Virus record (IMG/VR): IMGVR_UViG_3300028887_000077
Coordinates: 32,001-96,000 of that record
Reading direction: 5' to 3' (one strand)
Source: a virus
Lineage: Duplodnaviria > Caudoviricetes
DNA: 64,000 bases
Shown here: one piece after another, positions 19,694 through 28,596 of the stretch
Layout of the letters: every line of letters begins with the position of its first letter
Position numbering within the stretch: the stretch's first letter is position 1
Notes under the pieces: generated by a model
Told to the model about the DNA's origin: nothing
What the model saw: only the letters and a program-made list of their open reading frames with translations
The model's database searches: none
Translations under genes and position numbers: made by a program

Positions 19694-20556
19694 TGATTAA
19701 AGTAAACGGTCATAAGGTAGAGCTTGAAACGTTCGGTGACAATACTCTGAAGTGCAAGACGATCGAGCCTGGCTGGCTCGTATCGGACAATCTCGGAATC
19801 AAAGTCGGAGACTGTGCAACGCTTACATGGGCATATGATAACGATGCCGAACTATTTGCAGTTTGCTGCCTTGCAAAAGAGCTTCACGAGGAGACTAATA
19901 CCGTATATCTCGAACTGCCCTACATTCCGCATGCAAGGCAAGACAGAAAAGTCAGTGGACGACTCTTTACTTTGAAGGTTTTTGCAGAGATCATCAATTC
20001 TCTCAATTTCAAACGAGTATATGTACTCGATCCACACTCTGATGTCAGTACTGCTCTTATCGATCGTGTTAGGGTCAGGGACTATGAGTTCTTCACTCCG
20101 TCGAAAGTCGATAATCTTGATGCGGTCATGTTTCCAGATACCGGCGCGGCAAAGAAGTACAGCACTACTATGGACGTCGGCAATTTTCCTGTTATTATCG
20201 GCAACAAACATCGTAATGCGGAAGGCCGAGTCGAGTCCTATGAGCTTATGAACTTCCCAGAAGGCGCAAAAACGGTCGCCATTATCGACGATATTTGCTC
20301 TTACGCAGGCACACATGTGGCAGCAGCAAAAGCCCTTAAAGAAAAGGGTGTTGAAAAGGTCATCCTTGTAATTTCACATTGTGAATATAATATTGCAAAA
20401 GGGGCAGCATTTGAATATATAGATGTAGTATATACTACAGATAGTATTTTGGATTTAAATAATACAGAAATTGATCCTGCCGTATTAACAAAATTGCAGG
20501 AAGCAGAAAAAACAGGTAAGCTTGTGATAACACATCATTTTAGACAGGACTACTAA
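19693..20556 (+). CDS. Prs-like pyrophosphokinase (Adps-type)
   Basis: PYIPHARQDR, FTLKVFAEIINSL, DPHSDV, FPDTGA, IIDDICSYAGT. Confidence 0.85.
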   Translation: MIKVNGHKVELETFGDNTLKCKTIEPGWLVSDNLGIKVGDCATLTWAYDNDAELFAVCCLAKELHEETNTVYLELPYIPHARQDRKVSGRLFTLKVFAEIINSLNFKRVYVLDPHSDVSTALIDRVRVRDYEFFTPSKVDNLDAVMFPDTGAAKKYSTTMDVGNFPVIIGNKHRNAEGRVESYELMNFPEGAKTVAIIDDICSYAGTHVAAAKALKEKGVEKVILVISHCEYNIAKGAAFEYIDVVYTTDSILDLNNTEIDPAVLTKLQEAEKTGKLVITHHFRQDY

Positions 20557-20649
20557 GTTATAACTATTATATCGTTTTTGATGACATTTGTAATAGTGGG
20601 ATAATATGACTGCTAAATTATATGAAAGTAAAATTGGAGGTAATTTGGC

Positions 20650-21750
20650 ATGATTAGTTGCTTACTTTGTTTAAATGAATTTAAAAATGAGCAGGTATTA
20701 ACAAAGCATTTACAAAAAGTACACAGTATTTCAAGAAAAGAATATGCAGATCAGTGGCTTAAATTGGACCATATTTGTCCATTTTGTGGACAAGACCGCG
20801 CATTTAAGCACATTAAATATGATAGAACTTGCGGATCAAACTCTTGTATAGCAGAATTAAAACGACAAGTCTATTTAGAACGCTATGGAGTGATAAATCC
20901 GGGCCAGCGACAGATCCAAAGAGAACTAAATAAACATAATTTTGATGACCCAGAGAAATTAAGGGCAAGAAACAACAAAACTAAACAAACCTCGCTAGTA
21001 AAGTATAGTACCGAGAGCCCTAATCAAGCAAAAGAAGTACAAGATAAATCTAAGCAGACATTACTGACTAAATATGGCGTAGCCTTTGCCACACAGCTAC
21101 CTCAATGTAAAACAGCCGGGCATACACAAGGGGCTCAAGCAAAGCGGGCCGAAACTCTAAAACAGAATAACTTAGAAAAATATGGGGCAGCAAATGTTTT
21201 TCAATTAGAGGCAATAAAAATAAAGTCTAAGAAAACTAAATTTAGTCGGTATGGTAACGAGTACTGGACTAATCCAGAAAAAGCTACACAGACTTGTCTA
21301 TTACACTTTGGTGTTCGCAGATTTGCTCAGTCGGAACTTGCCAAAAAACAACATCATAGAGTAATAAGATACAACAATTTAGTATTTGATAGCAAATTAG
21401 AATTGGCTTTTTATTTGTTTTGTGTTGAACATCAACTTAATGTACAGATTAAGCCTGCCAGACTGCCGTTTTTTGTAGATAATAAATTGTACTATTATTT
21501 TCCAGATTTCAGTATTAATAACATTTACTATGAGTGTAAAGGTAAACATTTATTAAAATATTCAGAAACTGGTACAATTATAGGATTATCTAATCCCTAT
21601 ACATCAAAAAAGACAGAGCAAGAGAAATTAACAATACAACATCATTTAGATGCCAAGTATGCTTGTATGCTAGAAAATAACATACAAATTATTACAGGTG
21701 AAGAAGATTTCTATAAAGTTTTAAACAATTCAGAAAATAATAAGAGGTAA
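20650..21750 (+). mobile_element. Free-standing homing endonuclease-like gene (AT-rich)
   Basis: N-terminal C2H2/Cys Zn motifs, repeated T.L.KYG units, C-terminal DS.LE..F...YFPDF...YECKG (PD-(D/E)XK); visibly AT-richer than its neighbours. Confidence 0.75.
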
Positions 21751-21754
21751 AAGT

Positions 21755-23278
21755 ATGTTTAAACTCAATCCGTTACTCGAAAGTGATTACTACAAGCAAG
21801 TCCATTGGGGCCAGTATCCGAAAAACGTGACCAAAGTCGTTTCGTACTGGGTTCCTCGCGGGACGCGTATTCCAGGCTGGAATTACGCGGTCATGTTCGG
21901 TCTTCAGGGGTTCATCAAGGAATTTTTAATCGAGGATTTCAATCAGTATTTCTTTGATCGGAATATCGACGAAGTTCTTGACGAGTACCACCACATCCTC
22001 GACAATACTCTCGGAGAAAAACTCGCCGGGATTGACCGTATCGAAGATCTCTGGCATCTCGGATATCTGCCTATCGAGATCAAGGCGCTTCCGGAGGGAA
22101 CTAAGGTACCCCTTAAGGTTCCTATGTTCGAAATCTCCAACACTCACCCGCGGTTTGCGTGGCTTACGAACGCTCTTGAAAGCGTGATTTCTTGTGAGAT
22201 GTGGCACGCAATGCTTTCCGCAAACGTCGGCGTGGCGTATCGTGAGATTGTTGACAAGTATTACGATGAAACTTGCGACGACGTGATTCCACACAGACGC
22301 GCTCTTGGCGATTTTGCGATGCGCGGGCAGGAGTCGTACAGAAGCGCAACGAAATCTTCTGCCGCATGGCTTCTCTCTTTCGTGAATACCGCAACGGTTC
22401 CGGCCATTCCGTATCTCGAGAAATACTACAACTGCGACTGCGTGAAAGAAGAGGTTGGCTTCGGCGCTCCTTCGACTGAACACAGCGTCATGTGCTCCAA
22501 CTTCGCAGTCGACGGTGACGAGATCACGATGGTTAAGCGTCTACTTACCGAGATCTATCCGCACAACACTTTCACGATGGTATCCGACAGTTACGACTAC
22601 TGGAACCTTGTCGAAAATATTATCCCGCAGTGCAAGAAGGAAATTCTCGAACACGACGGTATCTTCATGGTCCGCGGCGACTCCGGCGATCCGGTTGAGG
22701 TCGTCACTAAGACCGTTTTCAAACTCTGGGACATTTTCGGCGGGACGGTAAACTCGAAGGGCTATAAGGTCCTCGATAAGCACGTGAAAGCGATCTACGG
22801 CGACTCTATCACGATGAGGCGCGCCAAAAATATCTACGAGATTCTGAAAAACGCCGGGTTCGCAGCTTCGAACGTGAGCCTTGGCGTCGGGTCCTTCTCG
22901 ATGCAGTGCTATGAGTCTGCAAGTGAAGACGGTACGGTTAAACTGAGTCCGTTCACCCGCGACACCCTGAACTTTGCGATCAAAGCAACTTACTGCGAGA
23001 CGTCCGATGGCAAGCAGATTCCGATCTTCAAGAATCCGAAAGAAATGGCATTCAAGAAGTCGAACAAAGGTTGTATCGCTGTCTACTACGGCGAGAATAA
23101 GCTCGACGAGGCTGGAAACGTTGTCTTCGCAGATTTTCTTGCGATCGACGGTAGAACGTTCGAAGACGTCAGCAACGATCCGAACAATAAGCTTCAGCCC
23201 GTTTTCAAAGACGGCAAGATGCTCAAGGAGTACAGCCTGAAAGAGATCAGAGACAGACTGTGGGATGGTAGGTTCTGA
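21755..23278 (+). CDS. nadV: NAMPT/NadV-family phosphoribosyltransferase (Namat-like; probably nicotinate-accepting)
   Basis: DYYKQVH, FGLQ, DFAMRG, STEHSVM, VSDSYD, RGDSGDP, IYGDSIT, TRDT..FAIKAT, KKSNKG. Confidence 0.9.
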   Translation: MFKLNPLLESDYYKQVHWGQYPKNVTKVVSYWVPRGTRIPGWNYAVMFGLQGFIKEFLIEDFNQYFFDRNIDEVLDEYHHILDNTLGEKLAGIDRIEDLWHLGYLPIEIKALPEGTKVPLKVPMFEISNTHPRFAWLTNALESVISCEMWHAMLSANVGVAYREIVDKYYDETCDDVIPHRRALGDFAMRGQESYRSATKSSAAWLLSFVNTATVPAIPYLEKYYNCDCVKEEVGFGAPSTEHSVMCSNFAVDGDEITMVKRLLTEIYPHNTFTMVSDSYDYWNLVENIIPQCKKEILEHDGIFMVRGDSGDPVEVVTKTVFKLWDIFGGTVNSKGYKVLDKHVKAIYGDSITMRRAKNIYEILKNAGFAASNVSLGVGSFSMQCYESASEDGTVKLSPFTRDTLNFAIKATYCETSDGKQIPIFKNPKEMAFKKSNKGCIAVYYGENKLDEAGNVVFADFLAIDGRTFEDVSNDPNNKLQPVFKDGKMLKEYSLKEIRDRLWDGRF

Positions 23279-23760
23279 TGGTACAATATTTTAAAGGAGA
23301 TCTTCTTGAAAGCGGCTGTGACGTAATCTGTCATCAGACTAATTGCGTCGGGGCTATGGGCAGTGGAATCGCAAGACAGATTCGCGAGACTTATCCCGAA
23401 ACCTACGAAGCTCTCAGAGAGCGGTTTGAAAACGGTCTTGCAAAACTCGGCGAGTGCGATTTCGTGGAGCTCAAAAGCAAAGACCCTTACGGTCCTGCGA
23501 TCACCAACAATTACGTAGTCAACTGTTACAGCCAGTTTGACTGCTGGCCGCGCGGGGTGCGGCATACCGATTACGACGCGTTCAGAGAGTGCTGCAAGAA
23601 GATCAAAGAACGCTTCGATGGTAAAAACTTCCGGATCGGTTTTCCTTATAAAATCGGTTCCGCTCTCGGGGGCGGAGACTGGGAAGTTATGAAACAAATC
23701 ATTGAAGAAGAATTTAAAGATAACAACTGGAGGGTTGAAGTATGGCAACTAAACTGTTAA
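23278..23760 (+). CDS. Macrodomain protein (ADP-ribose binding/hydrolase)
   Basis: GDLL, HQTNCVGAMGSGIA, FPYKIGSALGGGDW. Confidence 0.88.
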   Translation: MVQYFKGDLLESGCDVICHQTNCVGAMGSGIARQIRETYPETYEALRERFENGLAKLGECDFVELKSKDPYGPAITNNYVVNCYSQFDCWPRGVRHTDYDAFRECCKKIKERFDGKNFRIGFPYKIGSALGGGDWEVMKQIIEEEFKDNNWRVEVWQLNC

Positions 23761-24533
23761 GAGAGGTTTTGGCGTGGCTTGAGGACTACAAGAAGCACGC
23801 AGGATGCAAAGGTGTGGTCCTCGGAATTTCTGGCGGAAAAGACAGCACCACGGTCGCGATGTTGGCGACGAAGGTCTGGGGCAGGGACGTTGTTGGCGTT
23901 CTTATGCCCAACGGCGTTCAGGCTGATATTGAGGATTCTCGTGCGGTTTGTGATTGTCTTGAGCTCAGGAATATTACCGTAAATATTGGTAATGCGTTCG
24001 GCAAGCTCTGCGATGACGTTAATCGCGGTCTTGAATCCTTCGGAGCGGAAGTTACCCCTAAGACCAAAACCAACATTCCGCCTCGTCTCAGGATGACTAC
24101 CCTGTACACCGTCGCGCAGTCTCTCGGCTATCGCGTGATCGGCACCGGCAACGCAAGCGAAGGCTACGTAGGCTGGACTACCAAGTTCGGCGACAGCGCG
24201 TGCGACCTGAATCCGCTCGGCAATCTGACCTGTTCTGAGGTCGTTGCTCTCGGTTCTGAGCTCGCGGAGGAGTTCGGGCTTCCTCTGAAGTACGTTCAGA
24301 AAATCCCGTCTGACGGTCTGTCCGGTCGTTCCGATGAAGATAACTTCGGCTTTACCTACCGGCAGCTTGACGCCTTTATGGTCGATGGCTGCGACGCAAA
24401 GATAGAAGGAGAACCCATCCCAGAGGAGATCAGAGAAAAGATTGGCGCTATGCACGCTATGTCTGCACACAAAAGAGCTCTCCCCAGAACATTTGAACCG
24501 ACCACAGAGTTTATGCGCCGGTTTAAACGATAA
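23742..24533 (+). CDS. nadE: NH3-dependent NAD+ synthetase
   Basis: GISGGKDST, NIPPRLRM, GTGNASE, TKFGD, PSDGL, DEDNFG, HKR. Confidence 0.92.
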   Translation: MATKLLREVLAWLEDYKKHAGCKGVVLGISGGKDSTTVAMLATKVWGRDVVGVLMPNGVQADIEDSRAVCDCLELRNITVNIGNAFGKLCDDVNRGLESFGAEVTPKTKTNIPPRLRMTTLYTVAQSLGYRVIGTGNASEGYVGWTTKFGDSACDLNPLGNLTCSEVVALGSELAEEFGLPLKYVQKIPSDGLSGRSDEDNFGFTYRQLDAFMVDGCDAKIEGEPIPEEIREKIGAMHAMSAHKRALPRTFEPTTEFMRRFKR

Positions 24534-24543
24534 GGAGTATCAT

Positions 24544-25017
24544 ATGTCGAGAGTTTGTTGGTGTCAGAGGTGTCTCGGGCTAGCCGACGTGAACGACGAT
24601 CAAATATTGACGTCTATTCCGCCGAAGTATTCGTATGACTGTCGTAAGTGCGGATATCACGGATACATCTTATGCTCACAATATATCAATTTAACGTTCG
24701 AAGAGAACAAAGAAAACAAGGAGGTTGAACCTGAAGAAATGAACAAAAACAATATAAATGGTGACACCATGAACATGTATACGCCAACAGTAACGGATAC
24801 CACCGCATATGAAAAATCGTGCCCGCACAGACTTCCGTGCGGTATCTGCCGGTTGACTGATAGGGAATGCTCGAAGATTTTCTGGAACGATCAGTTTATG
24901 TCTACGTGTAATCCGACGATTCCTAATCCGACGGTTTCCAAATGTGATGAAAATTCCACCGGCTATAGCACAGTAACAGCGCAAAACTGTGTTGACGAGA
25001 AAGAAAATAAAAACTAA
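24544..25017 (+). CDS. Hypothetical Cys-rich protein
   Basis: CQRC, LTSIPPKY..CRKC, CPHRLPCG; AAGGAG RBS. Confidence 0.55.
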   Translation: MSRVCWCQRCLGLADVNDDQILTSIPPKYSYDCRKCGYHGYILCSQYINLTFEENKENKEVEPEEMNKNNINGDTMNMYTPTVTDTTAYEKSCPHRLPCGICRLTDRECSKIFWNDQFMSTCNPTIPNPTVSKCDENSTGYSTVTAQNCVDEKENKN

Positions 25018-25053
25018 ATTTTAAAATATTTTAAAGAAGTTGTCAAAAACCAC

Positions 25054-25082
25054 TTGACAACTTCTTTTTAATGTGTTATAAT
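25054..25082 (+). promoter_or_regulatory. Sigma-A/70 promoter with -35 inside a 14-bp inverted repeat
   Basis: TTGACA-17-TATAAT; AAAGAAGTTGTCAA-7-TTGACAACTTCTTT. Confidence 0.85.
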
Positions 25083-25111
25083 GTGACCAGAAAAATATAG
25101 GAGGCCACAAA

Positions 25112-26347
25112 ATGTTTGAAATTAAAGGATCTATCGGCTCTGCGAAGTGTTACGCAAAAACTGTCGAGCAGGCAGCAATTGATCAGATCAAGAGAATGTG
25201 CGATTACAAGCTCACGGAAGGAAGCGATATCTGCATCATGCCAGACGTTCACGCTGGTGCGGGGTGTACCATCGGAACCACCATGACCATCACCGATAAG
25301 GTGTGTCCAAATATTGTTGGCGTTGATATCGGATGTGGTATGCTTACTATCCGGCTAGACAAAAGGGCAGACGAGCTTGATCTCGCAAAGATCGATGAAG
25401 CGGCCCATTATATTCCGTCCGGAATGAACGTATGGGAAGAATGCGACAACCGGTTTGATCTGAGCGAGCTTCGTTGTTTGAAGAAGCTACATGATGTAGA
25501 TAGGCTCGAAAGATCTCTTGGAACGCTTGGCGGTGGTAATCACTTTATTGAGGTTGACAAAGACAACAACGGTTTTGCCTACCTGGTTATTCATTCCGGA
25601 AGTCGCAACCTTGGTAAACAAGTCGCTGATATCTATCAGAAGATCGCCATCGGCCTCCATGATGGCAAACAAAAGATCGCTGAGGAGAAACGTGAAGCCA
25701 TCCGCTCTCTCAAAGAGGCCGGAAGAGCATCAGAGATTCAGGCGACCATCAAAGAAATCGATCGAAAATATAAAGATTGTGGCATGGATGTCCCGGAAGA
25801 TATTTGTTGGCTTTACGGTAAGGACATGGAGGACTATCTGCATGATCTGAAGATTTGTCAGGATTTTGCCGTCAAGAATAGAAAGAAAATGGCAAACATT
25901 ATTCTTGAGAAATGTGGGCTTGAAGCAAACACGTTTTTTCATACTATCCATAACTACATATCTCTTGACGAAATGATTCTTCGTAAAGGCGCTATTTCGG
26001 CGCGCGCTGGAGAGGTCGTTTTGATTCCGATCAATATGCGCGACGGATCAGTGATTGCAGTCGGAAAGGGTAACCCAGAGTGGAACTGCTCTGCTCCGCA
26101 CGGAGCCGGTCGGCTAATGTCTCGCGCTGAAGCAAAGAGAACCCTAAATATCGAAGATTATAAAAACTCTATGAATGGTATCTACACTACGTCGGTAAAC
26201 GAAGGGACTATCGACGAGGCCCCGATGGTTTATAAGCCGATTGAGGAAATCGTCGAGGCAATTAAAGACACCGTCGATATCGTCGGTATCATCAAGCCGA
26301 TTTACAACTTTAAGGCTGCGGAAGACGAGCCGATTTGGAGGAAATAA
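25112..26347 (+). CDS. rtcB: RtcB RNA 3'-phosphate/5'-OH ligase
   Basis: MPDVHAG, VGVDIGCG, GTLGGGNHF, HSGSR, HNY, RKGA, HGAGR, DEAPMVYK. Confidence 0.95.
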   Translation: MFEIKGSIGSAKCYAKTVEQAAIDQIKRMCDYKLTEGSDICIMPDVHAGAGCTIGTTMTITDKVCPNIVGVDIGCGMLTIRLDKRADELDLAKIDEAAHYIPSGMNVWEECDNRFDLSELRCLKKLHDVDRLERSLGTLGGGNHFIEVDKDNNGFAYLVIHSGSRNLGKQVADIYQKIAIGLHDGKQKIAEEKREAIRSLKEAGRASEIQATIKEIDRKYKDCGMDVPEDICWLYGKDMEDYLHDLKICQDFAVKNRKKMANIILEKCGLEANTFFHTIHNYISLDEMILRKGAISARAGEVVLIPINMRDGSVIAVGKGNPEWNCSAPHGAGRLMSRAEAKRTLNIEDYKNSMNGIYTTSVNEGTIDEAPMVYKPIEEIVEAIKDTVDIVGIIKPIYNFKAAEDEPIWRK

Positions 26348-26349
26348 TA

Positions 26350-26748
26350 ATGAAAGTTTTATTTTACGATGGCGAGGTTGAAAAACTTTATGCCGAGACT
26401 GATGATTTTGACGGCATTATGGAAGAAATTGAAAAAAGAGTTTCTCCATATCCGGACCACGTTCGGTTCATAAATGCAAAGTATGGACCGAAGAGTAACG
26501 AAGAAATGCTGGACGAGTCGCTTGACCTTGATCAGACCAGAGGCTTAAATGTTGTTGTTGTTACCAATTCGTTGGTGGCACTTTCAAATAAGTATTGCTG
26601 GGATCAAAGAACGGGAAGATGTGAATTATATATCTTCCGCCCGGACAAGAAATGGTTTGTCAATGCTCAGGAGCTTACCGAAAAAGAGATCCGCGAGGGT
26701 CATAATCTTGAAGCTCTGTATCGTAACGGGGCGTTCGAACTTGATTAA
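26350..26748 (+). CDS. Hypothetical protein
   Basis: ORF with RBS; LTEKEIREGHNLEALYRNG C-terminus. Confidence 0.55.
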   Translation: MKVLFYDGEVEKLYAETDDFDGIMEEIEKRVSPYPDHVRFINAKYGPKSNEEMLDESLDLDQTRGLNVVVVTNSLVALSNKYCWDQRTGRCELYIFRPDKKWFVNAQELTEKEIREGHNLEALYRNGAFELD

Positions 26749-26780
26749 ATAAACGATAAATATATAAATGGAGCGGAAAA

Positions 26781-27203
26781 ATGAGAAGACATATTATGCG
26801 GGCACAGGTCTGTAAGGGGACCGGATACTGGGAATACGGTCATTTCGTTTATGAAGAAGAGGAGTATACGTGGTTCCTTGAACTTGATGGGTGCTGCAGC
26901 GTCATTCTCGTCGACATGGACACGGCCGGCGCCTATACGCTTTTCCGTGACAAGAATGGCGTAAAAGTGTTTGAAAAGGATATTATCAGCTTTCCCAGAG
27001 ACAAATGGAGCGAGAGCGGGGAGTTTCTTGGAAGGGAAATCGTTTCCGGCGTTGTTGTATTCGATAAAGAGGGCGTTGGTTATAAGGTTCTTTTGGAAAA
27101 CGGTAAACTCGTTAAACTTGACTGTCTCGACGAAGACAAGGTTGAGGTTGTCGGAAACGTTTTCGATACGCCGGATCTTGTATCGTGGTATAAACAGGAG
27201 TAA
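26781..27203 (+). CDS. YopX-family protein
   Basis: DKNGVKVFEKDI...EVVGNVFDTPDL. Confidence 0.75.
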   Translation: MRRHIMRAQVCKGTGYWEYGHFVYEEEEYTWFLELDGCCSVILVDMDTAGAYTLFRDKNGVKVFEKDIISFPRDKWSESGEFLGREIVSGVVVFDKEGVGYKVLLENGKLVKLDCLDEDKVEVVGNVFDTPDLVSWYKQE

Positions 27204-27207
27204 AAAA

Positions 27208-27480
27208 ATGTGGTTCCAAAACATTGTAATCGGCACTCCGCTGTGCAATCCGGCGACTCTTATCTCGGATAATTTTAACGAGTGGGAGGCCGACGATAAA
27301 GCACAGACTCTATTTACAGAAACGAGATGGCTACCAGCCGTTTTAAAAGAAGCTGGCGTGGTCCCGTCGACAAATGAGGTTAGGAGAAACCGGCCGGATC
27401 TCTGCCGAGAGCTAAACCAGATTGAAACGTTCTTCGTCAACTGGGGAAAGAAAAGAGTCTATATCATAGTAGGCAAATAG
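27208..27480 (+). CDS. Hypothetical protein (S4-like)
   Basis: LKEAGVVPSTNEVRRN...WGKKR resembles an S4-type RNA-binding motif. Confidence 0.5.
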   Translation: MWFQNIVIGTPLCNPATLISDNFNEWEADDKAQTLFTETRWLPAVLKEAGVVPSTNEVRRNRPDLCRELNQIETFFVNWGKKRVYIIVGK

Positions 27481-27565
27481 CATGGATATCGCGCACACAT
27501 ACCGTATCTATGTTTAGTTGGGGATTCTGTCCTCGTCAAAATTTTTGTTGATGTGTGTGTGGTGT

Positions 27566-27600
27566 TGGCGGGCGCGAGCGATCGCGTCCGTCTTTTTTTT
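27566..27600 (+). terminator. Intrinsic terminator
   Basis: GGCGGGCGCGA-GCGA-TCGCGTCCGTC plus T-run. Confidence 0.8.
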
Positions 27601-27619
27601 ATTTTTTTAAAAAAAACGC

Positions 27620-27648
27620 TTGACAAGTTAGACATAAGGTGATATAAT
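27620..27648 (+). promoter_or_regulatory. Sigma-A/70 promoter
   Basis: TTGACA-17-TATAAT. Confidence 0.85.
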
Positions 27649-27707
27649 AAAGGCACAAAAATAAAAATTCTGTTTTATGACAGAGATATCTTGAAGAGGT
27701 GTGAAGA

Positions 27708-27917
27708 ATGGTTATTAAGATGAGAGAATACCGCGCAAAGGCAGACGAACTGTTACCAAAGTATATTCTGTTTTCGAGCAATGACGAGAGGTTCCACGAT
27801 GCCTATGGTAAAACCGTTCTCGTAAAGAGAATTTCTGTGTTTGAGGAAATCGAACACATTACCGAATGGGCAAAATGTCTCCTCAATGAGTCTGCCGAGT
27901 TTGTTGCGGAAGTTTAA
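27708..27917 (+). CDS. Hypothetical protein
   Basis: ORF with GAGGTG RBS. Confidence 0.5.
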   Translation: MVIKMREYRAKADELLPKYILFSSNDERFHDAYGKTVLVKRISVFEEIEHITEWAKCLLNESAEFVAEV

Positions 27918-27949
27918 TCTACGTCGTTGAAAGGAAGATAGGAGGAACA

Positions 27950-28093
27950 ATGACGATTTATATTGTGTTTTACCGCGATCCTCTGACCGGTGCATATACG
28001 GTCGGAAATGCGTATTTCGACAAGCGACAGGCCGAAGGCGAGCTTGAAAAGTACGGAGGGGACGGAGAGGTTCTGTTCCGTCAGGTGCTGTAA
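27950..28093 (+). CDS. Small hypothetical protein (47 aa, not in track)
   Basis: AGGAGG RBS; MTIYIVFYRDPLTG...RQVL*. Confidence 0.5.
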   Translation: MTIYIVFYRDPLTGAYTVGNAYFDKRQAEGELEKYGGDGEVLFRQVL

Positions 28094-28125
28094 CAAATAA
28101 AACCTATATTTTAAAATGTAAAAGG

Positions 28126-28596
28126 GTGATTACGATGAAGAAACGCAATAAACGTCTCCTGACAAGATGGAATGTTGAACACAATGCGTATGTCAAAAGA
28201 GGAGAATGGCGGATGCTCGCATTCGGTAGCGTTCTCTGTGAAGAATGTAAACACCGTGGCTGTAAGGGATGGATGCTTGGCAAGTGTTCTATGTGTGACA
28301 AGCTTGATCCCACAAACAGATGCGGGTGCGCATGCTTTTCGGAGCCAACCGATAAAGAACGAAAGTTTGGATGTATGTATTTTGAGGAAGACGACCAAAA
28401 AATTGATCTGTGTCCTCACTGTGGGTGCGAAGCAGAAGTCGTTGAAGTCAAAATGAAGGGTGAAGACAAGGTTCTCTATCGCTATATTCGGTGTACTAAC
28501 ATTTATTGCGGCTGTCGGACAGACACCTTCAGTGGAGAATATAGCAAACAAAAAGTCATTAATGTGTGGAATAGGAGAGTGAACGATGAAGGTTAA
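28126..28596 (+). CDS. Lar-family restriction alleviation-like Zn protein
   Basis: C-terminal LCPHCG...IRCT..CGC...INVWNRR. Confidence 0.65.
   Translation: MITMKKRNKRLLTRWNVEHNAYVKRGEWRMLAFGSVLCEECKHRGCKGWMLGKCSMCDKLDPTNRCGCACFSEPTDKERKFGCMYFEEDDQKIDLCPHCGCEAEVVEVKMKGEDKVLYRYIRCTNIYCGCRTDTFSGEYSKQKVINVWNRRVNDEG

Noticed and set aside
20557-21754. Group I intron around the AT-rich endonuclease
   Set aside because: Both flanking genes are complete and no P/Q/R/S core elements are visible; treated as free-standing.
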